A program made the position numbers and the translations under genes. Shown here piece after piece: positions 52,740 through 64,000 of a stretch of 64,000 bases of DNA. The stretch covers positions 25,916,001 through 25,980,000 of the forward strand of contig OZ024750.1 in NCBI GenBank assembly GCA_964016885.1, given 5' to 3'. The stretch's first letter is position 1, and each line of letters begins with the position of its first letter. This DNA is from Eledone cirrhosa. Taxonomy: Eukaryota. The notes under the pieces were generated by a model. The model worked only from the letters and a program-made list of their open reading frames with translations, was not told the DNA's origin and did no database searches.

Positions 52740-55700
52740 GGCACTTCCTCCGCACAACACTACCAAACCAATCAATTAGAACTAAATAGGGTAAAGAAAA
52801 ATATAACTGAATACTTTAAAAATTACGACCTTAAACTAGAGGTAGAAAGCGGTACCAAAATAGTTAATTTCCTTGTTGTTACCCTTATCTTGTTGTTGTT
52901 ACCCTTAACAATGAAAACTTAAATTACGTTGGTTATTACACTAATCATCCTAAATCTGAAAAACGCAATTGTAAATAGTGTACAAAAACGCATAAATAGA
53001 ATATCTGACAGTAAATCAATATTTGATGAAAAAGCAGGATATTACAATGATGCGCTCAGAAAGGCAGGTTATTAAAATAATATAGAATATATAGACAATA
53101 ATAATCCGAGTCTTAATCCTGATAAAAATAATGGCATATATAAACGAAATTCTAAAAATTCTAATAATTGTAATTCAAACACCTGTACTGTGAATAAATC
53201 GGGGAAAAGAACCAGAACTAAATCAGTTATACGGTTTGCCCCCCCCCCCCTGCTTCTGTAGCAGTAAGAACACCAATTGCTAATCTATTTTTTAAAGCTT
53301 TAGATAGTTCATTCCCTAGTCAACATAAATACCACTCCATATTTAATAGACACACAATTAAACTGTCTTATTCTACAACTATGAATATGGCCCAAATCAT
53401 CGCTAAACTAAACAGTATAATTCTAAACCAAAATCAACATAATGCTATTAATAATAGTGTTAATATAAATAATAATAAATCGAAATGTAATTGTAGAAAT
53501 AAACCGGATTGCCCTCTGCAAAATAATTGTCTGGATAGAAATCTGGTGTATAAATGCACCGTAAAAACACAAATAACAACACATACACCTACATAGGAGC
53601 AACTTCTTCGACATTTAAATCAAGATTTGCGAATCACAAATGCTCATTTTCGAATTTTAATAGGAAGTCTTCGACTTCTTTATCACAATTTATATGGTTA
53701 TTAAAAGACAAAAATTTAAAATACTCGATCTTTTGGACGAAGCTTTGTAATAGTAAAATATATACGAACTCATCTATATCAATTAACTGCAACCTCTGCA
53801 CAAAGGAGACCCTATTAATAATTACTAATTATGAAAACTTAATTAACAAAAATAGTGAATTATTCTCAAACTGCCTTCATAAAGCTTTGTCTACATTCCA
53901 AGCCTCGCAAAAAGTCAGGAAAAAACATTAAACAATCAGGCCTTAATCTTTGACGTCTCTTATCAACTATTGGGCCTAAAAAGTCATAACGGTCTATAAA
54001 ACTTTAATAATGCTTTATCTTCTAATCATTTATGATAGAATTAATGTTAGAATGAAGGATACTCTTTTGATAATCTTGTTTACTTGATAAATATGCATAC
54101 CTTATGATTTTTTGGATATTTATAATTTTAATTAAGATCTTTATTTATCTGTCTCTGTTTTAAATATATAATTTGGATATTTAACTTGTAAATTTATTGA
54201 TTGTAATTGAACTGTGGATCATTCATGCGTTTGCATATTTTACATATTTTACTCATTTTGAGTATGTTTATGGGGACTCAGAAAGTTAGATTTGCATTTA
54301 TCTTTTTTTTATATATATCTAGGTATAAATATAACAAACCATAATAGTCGACAAATATTTCTCTCTCTCTCCACTGAACTGGAGGTAAAACTACAATTAT
54401 AGCATTACTAATAATGATTATAATTATTTTTTATTAAATGTATACCGTTTCATTAATACCTATAATAATATCTCTATATAGTTGTACATATATCTTTATC
54501 TAGTGTAATAACATACTCGTAGTTATATTTATAAATAATTTAGACACTCAAATGACTATATATTGTTATAAGTGTTTAATATTCCCTGGAAGTTCGAATT
54601 TATATAATGATCTTTACTTAATATAATATAATTTAATTTAACTTATTTTATTTTAATTAAATTTAGATTATCTTCGGCTTTTTCAAATATTTAGCTCCTC
54701 TTTCTATCACATTCGGTAAAATATTTTAGATGTATCTTTTGTCTACTATATTAAAACCCTATTACATTTATAATATATTTTTAATATTGGGCATCTTTAA
54801 GTTTCGCAAACAATTCATTTTCTTTTATTTGTATATTTATTTTGTATGTAGCCCCTATCATTAGGACTCATATAGTTTTGACTTATATGTTTATAGTATA
54901 TATCAACTAAATGAAAATAATTGATATAAAACATTAATTTTTTAGCAATATTGTTGAACAATATTTTTTAATTATATATATTTTTGAACAATATTTTCAG
55001 TAACTTATTTACTATATTGTATTATTGTATTATATTATATATATATTTGAAAGGTATCACCTCAATTATAAACAAATAATAAACTATAATCCTTGTATAT
55101 TTTTTGATCAACACATATATATAATTAAAATTCAGACTTCTTTAAGTTTAGTTATAAGGCCCGTTGATCCTTTAGGCACTCAAACTGTTTAATAATAAAT
55201 TCTTTAATAATTATAACTATAATTATTTTATAAATTATATTATATAAACTGTTGTCAATATTATAAATAATTCTGGTAAAGAATACCTTCGAGATTTTCT
55301 TTCTCGTGTTTCGTAAATCCTTTAAATTTGTTTTCATAAAATTTGAATCTTAGAAATTAAACATAATTATAATATGAATACAAATACCTATTAACTTTTA
55401 AAACCTAAAATATTATTCATTACTCTGAAATAACTTAAATTAAATATTTTGAATATTAACCGCCAACTATATTAATTTGGATATATGTTGCACACATGGA
55501 AAACTGTATATAAACTTGAACACAAATTACTCCACTTTGTCTCTCTCTATCTTTAATCATCTTTCATCTGTTTTTTCGAGCCACCTACTAAATATATTAT
55601 CACATCAGCTGTTTCTTCCACCATGCTTTCCTTTCCCTCCTCTTTCTTCATTAGTTACATTTTTTTTTTATAACTGTTAGATTGATGCCACGTATTTTTT

Positions 55701-55959
55701 AAGCTGTATTACACGCACCCTCTCTATTGTTTGTATTATGTTATCTCATGTTCTCAATATTAGGGTATAAATATTGAGTTTTGTTATATGTTAATCACTA
55801 CCATGACTGAATCTTAACCATCTACTATGTCAAGGTATGTCATGCATCATCTTATTTTATCTGATGAGGACGTACTGTTGAACTTAACTTAGTACCTCTG
55901 AAATATATATAATAACATATAATTGATCACAAGAATATCAATTTTGTTAATATTTTGAA

Positions 55960-55960
<1 letters not shown>
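52740..55960 (+). mobile_element. 5'-truncated Penelope-like element with GIY-YIG, long AT-rich 3' UTR and terminal hammerhead (55857-55915)
   Basis: KIVNFL, HSIFNRHTIKLSYST, CNCRNKPDCPLQNNCL..NLVY, YIGAT..FKSRFANH, CNLCTKE. TTAT-CTGATGA-GGAC-GTACT..AGTAC-CTCT-GAAA-TATATA-TA^ATAA. Confidence 0.85.
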
Positions 55961-56002
<42 letters not shown>

Positions 56003-56068
56003 AATAAATAAATATATATATATACATATATATATATATACATAAATATATATATATATATACAAATA

Positions 56069-56119
<51 letters not shown>

Positions 56120-56123
<4 letters not shown>

Positions 56124-56550
56124 GATATTAAATGGAAACTATATTTATAAAACCATATTTATTACATTATACATATTTCAACGACACCAAGTTAAATTAG
56201 GGTGTGCTTTCAACATATAAAATATAATATAGAATAGTTTTATAAATAAATATTGACATACCCTTAAAGAATGCAACCATTACCGTTGGAAGTTCCCGGA
56301 TAGCTTCCAACAGTAATGGTTGCATTCTTTAAGGGTATGTCAATATTTATTTATAAAACTACTCTATATTATATTTTATCTGTTGAAAGCACACCATAAT
56401 TTAACTTGGTGTCCTTGAAATATGTATAATGAAATAAATATGTTTTTATAAATATAGTTTCCATTTGTTAATATCGTATTTTTACTCCAAGTATTTGTTG
56501 AGTGCTTTATATCAGTTATAAAAAATATTTGCTTGTTTTATCCCAACAAT
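56120..56550. mobile_element. fold-back element of the 32600 family, hammerhead core decayed to CTGTTGA
   Basis: Arms ~56120-56293 and 56303-56479. Helix II ACACCA/TGGTGT covaries with ATACCA/TGGTAT of the 32926 copy. Confidence 0.8.
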
Positions 56551-56928
56551 GTATATATATATATATGTATATAAATGTAATCTGAGTTTTTTTCGATTAT
56601 TAATAACATTCGATTCGCTTCCAATTATGCAAACAAGCATGAATTTTATAGCCATGTCAGGAAAGATATGCTATTTTCAAAAATACACAGTGACTCATCG
56701 GCCTGATTTGCATATTAGTAGACTGGCTGATATATACCAATATATTCACAACAAAGCCTGCAGCTCCATACTCCTTCGCTGTATTCCCTTTCAATCTACT
56801 CTCTTACAACTACTCTCTCTTTCTCTCTAACTTTCACTCTCTCGTGTGTGTGTAGGTGCAGGTGTGCGCGTGTAGCTGTGTTGTATGTAAATATGATGTT
56901 TAATATAGAACTCTCATATATATTTCAG

Positions 56929-57075
56929 AATGCCGAATAGGAAAGTTTGGTGTTAATTGTACAGGGACATGCCAGTGTATCAACAACACAACCTGCAACA
57001 AGCGAAATGGAAGATGTTCAGATAAATCTAGTAAACATAATTTTTGTGACAATTGCCCAGAAGGGATATCATAAA
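56929..57075 (+). CDS. divergent EGF-like exon with lost splice donor (terminal exon or pseudo-exon)
   Basis: AG acceptor intact: (E)CRIGKFGVNCTGTCQCINNTTCNKRNGRCSDKSSKHNFCDNCPE. Donor position reads GG instead of GT at 57064-57065, and read-through gives G-I-S-stop. Confidence 0.6.
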
Positions 57076-57090
57076 CTTGTTACGTATTTA

Positions 57091-57169
<79 letters not shown>

Positions 57170-57417
57170 CGCGCACACATACACTCACACATATACACGA
57201 ATACACTCACACACACACACAAACTCACACAAACTCACACACACACACATATATATATATATTTTGCGTGTGTATGTATGTGTGTGTGTGTGTGCATGTG
57301 TTTGTGTGTTTGATGTTTAATATAGAAATCGCTTCTACTGGACTAGAATAGTTTCATCCAAAGAAATCATCAGGAACCGGCTTTTCTGATGATTACATTT
57401 GAATGAAATAGTTCTAA

Positions 57418-57463
<46 letters not shown>

Positions 57464-57467
57464 TTAT

Positions 57468-59510
57468 TTAGGTTTGTTGGTTCACCACTGGATAGAACTG
57501 GTCTTTCCGAATGGTTAACCTCGATGTAATATTATGGTGAGCACTCAACGTAATGCAACTCAACTGTCTTCGTTTGTGTAGTTGGTGGTGCGAGTACGGA
57601 GTTAATTATTATAGAATAACAGGAGGCTGGACTGGTGTAATTCCTTGAAAGGTTTATTATACTATGATCATTTCAATGACAGGGTTCAGTATGAATCCGG
57701 TGACATCATCAGGTATTCAGAATATAACAAAGGAATATAATAGACAAAATCCATGGGGCTGAAAATCAGAGACATGAGGACGACCGAACATTCAGGAGCT
57801 TCTACCTCGGTCGACCGCCCCCAATTGTTTCTATACAGATGAGAGACGTGTATTTACGCTTAAACAATGAATCAATCTGTTAGAATTAATAATTTATGTC
57901 CAGTGTTACTACGTTAGCATAGCAAATTGCATTACTAATGATTTAGAATAGTGATACTTTTACTATTATGAGTGTGAATTGCAGCTGTTGAAAGATGTAG
58001 TGAACAATTAAGTTGATATAATAGACTTAAACATGCTTAAGTTCAATTATATCATATCATATATAAACGCAAGCCTCTCCGAGATATTACCATACAAAGC
58101 GCGTTAGAGGTATAATATCTTAGACGGTTAACATAAGACCATACGTTAGGAAGACCGTCTGTAGACGCATAGCTTAAAAAATACGCACGGATGGGTATAT
58201 TCATATATAAACATACGTACGCACGTGTTTGTACATCCTCCAATGCATATACTCGTAAATATACGTAGAAACATAGAATAGGTGTACATGCACACATGGT
58301 AATACGAGGTACGTAATTTAGTTAGTACCAGTCATAAGACACAAACCCGTATTCACACGCAGTAGTGCATTTTGATAGAATTCTTTATATTTCCGGAAAT
58401 ATTCGTTGTCCGACCATATCTTAAAGAAGGGGAAAATTGTGAATTTTCCCTTCCCGCATGATGCGAAGTTTTCACTGCATGTGGTGTTTCTGACAGAGGG
58501 ATCTCTAATTTATTTTTTATGGACCCAAACCCTATCATGTAGACCCGTTCTCAAATGTAGTATTCTTCACGTTGTGGGCAGGTCACACAATAAATTAAGG
58601 TTTTTGTTTTGCAATTCACGCTTGCCTTAAATTTGAAAATGTCATTGTTTCAAGAGGAGATTTGCCCTCTCTCTTCAATGAATGAACAAGTTCCGTATAA
58701 AGGGTACCGGCATTTCTTAACTTGCATTGATTCATTGTCAGACGTAAATTTCGCCTCAATAAACAGTATTTTTAAAGTTAGGTGCTTGGCGTCTACTATA
58801 TAGTATTTGTGAGTCTTTTATGAGTGCTTTCATTTTGGAGGACTGCTTGAGAATCGGGAGATATTGTTTAGAGTCTTTCACGATGTTGAAGTTCCATGGA
58901 TTGTAAGTGACGATAAAAGGGATAACTGCTTTTTCCCTTTTATTTTGTAGGTTTGTTTTTCTCAGTTTTGTCACTGGGCTATTCTGGGCCTTGGAGATGG
59001 TCGTATTGATGAAGCTCACCGGATAGTCTATTAAGGAGCTCTTTTAGTTCATATAATCTTTTTTCCTATAGTGTGGTTTGTGTTACTATGGTGCAATTGC
59101 GTTTTGTCATATTAAAGGTAATGTTCCTTTTGGTATGTGAGTGGTGTGCTGACCGGAAATTCAAGTACTGGTGTGTGTCTGTTCGTTTGTAAAATAGGTC
59201 TGTTTTTATATTTCCCCCTTCTTTAATGATAGGGATATCCCAAAACGGATATCACTATCATTGTTTCAATCCATGGTAAATTGTGTTGCTTCGTGAAGCC
59301 TGTTTATGATGAAATGGAATCTTTGTAGGTCTCCTTGGCTTCTATTAAAGAAGATGAAGCAGTCGTCTAGGTAACATTTCCAGTTGTTATTAATGTAGGT
59401 GGCAAAGTCGTGACTGAAAGCGTCTTGTAGCTGGGAATATAATTTTACCTCTAGGTGACCCAAGACGAGTGTTGCATATGTTGGGGCTACTTTGGTGCCC
59501 ATGGCTGTTT
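57468..59510 (-). mobile_element. decayed 5'-truncated Penelope-like element with terminal hammerhead (57659-57716)
   Basis: AMGTKVAPTYATLVLG, WKCYLDDCFIFF, LFYKRTDTHQYL, IPFIVTYNP, SRRQAPN. The 3' terminus is homologous to 49473-49780. Confidence 0.85.
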
Positions 59511-60289
59511 CTTTTGTGTATCTATGTATATATATATTCCTGCGATTGTCTGTTTTTTCTTTTTTGTTTTCTGTTATTCCGAACTATATATATATAATAT
59601 TTTACCTTTGAACAGAATTAGAAGGAATACGTCCCGGTTATATAGCGATAATTTTGTTGGTCCCAATTCTGTTCATTTTATGTGTGATTACAGCGATCAT
59701 GTACAGGTATGTGATTTCTTGTATAAATACAATTGTTAGAAGTAATTAGTGAATTTCAATCTGTCTGATGTTTAGATTTAGAATCAATAAAATTGTATTT
59801 TCCTTTTATATTTCTATATTGTGTAATTGATCTCCGTATGTTTCAGCGATGAGTTTTCAATATGAACACTTATTCTCCCAGTTAGGTTGTTCGGTGAATA
59901 TTAATGACCACGTATAATATTAAATGTACTAATTGCAGTCGTTTGACTAATTATTGCCTCATAATTTGACCAGGACATTTAAAAAATTTCTTTTTCACAC
60001 AAACATAGTAATTGTGTTTGATAGGCTAAAACAAGCTTTGCCTTGAATGTTATTTGAATAGAGATACATCAGGCATAAAGTTGGAAACTGTAAAGTATTA
60101 CATCTAGTTCTCAATATTGTGAATTTCCTATATATTTCATATTAGTATTTTATTGTTTGGACTAAAAATATTTTGATTAGTTAATTACATTTTCTATAGC
60201 CCAAGCAATATCAAGTTTATTTTTTATACCGTTACAAGTACAAAATGTCACGAGTCATAGACATACTTATTGAAACAGTTTATAATTGA

Positions 60290-63417
<3,128 letters not shown>

Positions 63418-63589
63418 TAACGTAGGAGGTGTGGTACGGAACCAGATGGACCATAATGCACCAGAGTACTCAATACTTAGGGTAGTAGAGTGGGTAATAG
63501 GAAAATGTTTAAGCCGTTTCGACGGCTGTTTCTGGACTCCGTCGAAACGGCTTTAGCTCTGCCGTCGGGGTTAAACATTTTCCTATATA

Positions 63590-63632
<43 letters not shown>

Positions 63633-63702
63633 GAAGAGAGAAAGTGGGTAGGACAGAGAGAGAGTAAGAAATGTGTTTGTGAGTTTGGTACCCGTCTATC
63701 TG

Positions 63703-63775
<73 letters not shown>

Positions 63776-63875
63776 TTCTCCAACAGGGGGCTGAATCACA
63801 CGGCCCCGCAAACTACTTTTCTATGGCCCTTGGTAGAACCAATATTTCAGATTCCATTATAACTGGTGAAAATAA

Positions 63876-64000
63876 GGCGGTGAGCTGGTGGAATCGTTAG
63901 CACATCTGGCGAAATACTTAGCGGTACTTCTTCGTGTTTACGTTGTTTGTTCAAATTCCGCCGATCTCATCTTTGGCTTTCATCCTTTTGGGGTCGATAA
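63876..64000 (+). mobile_element. tRNA-derived SINE, paralogue of 7884-8097, runs off the window
   Basis: Same head sequence and same flank TATAACTGGTGAAAA as the 8097 copy. Confidence 0.85.

Noticed and set aside
57340-57420. Tiny back-to-back CTGATGA...GAAA motifs, also near 43430-43505
   Set aside because: Helices II and III are too degenerate to call a ribozyme.

Overview
Eukaryotic, AT- and microsatellite-rich DNA, most likely octopus (inferred from the SINE types and microsatellite load, not verified). One + strand host gene is visible: a signal-peptide exon (12138-12201) and 132-135 nt phase-1 exons that each encode one 8-Cys laminin-type EGF repeat (MEGF10/SCARF-like architecture), expanded by local duplication. 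The rest is retroelements: an R4/Dong-type LINE in (CATA)n, a decayed CRE-type LINE, a tandem array of Tx1/L1 elements in (TATC)n, RTE fragments, tRNA-derived SINEs and five Penelope-like element (PLE) remnants. The main signal is non-coding: about a dozen families (over 20 readable copies) of short fold-back or tandem elements in (TA)n tracts carry minimal type-I hammerhead ribozymes with palindromic helix III. These include two unrelated families with a compensatory U3-A8 core and a 516-nt tandem retrozyme-like unit. All folds were read by eye and ribozyme activity is untested.
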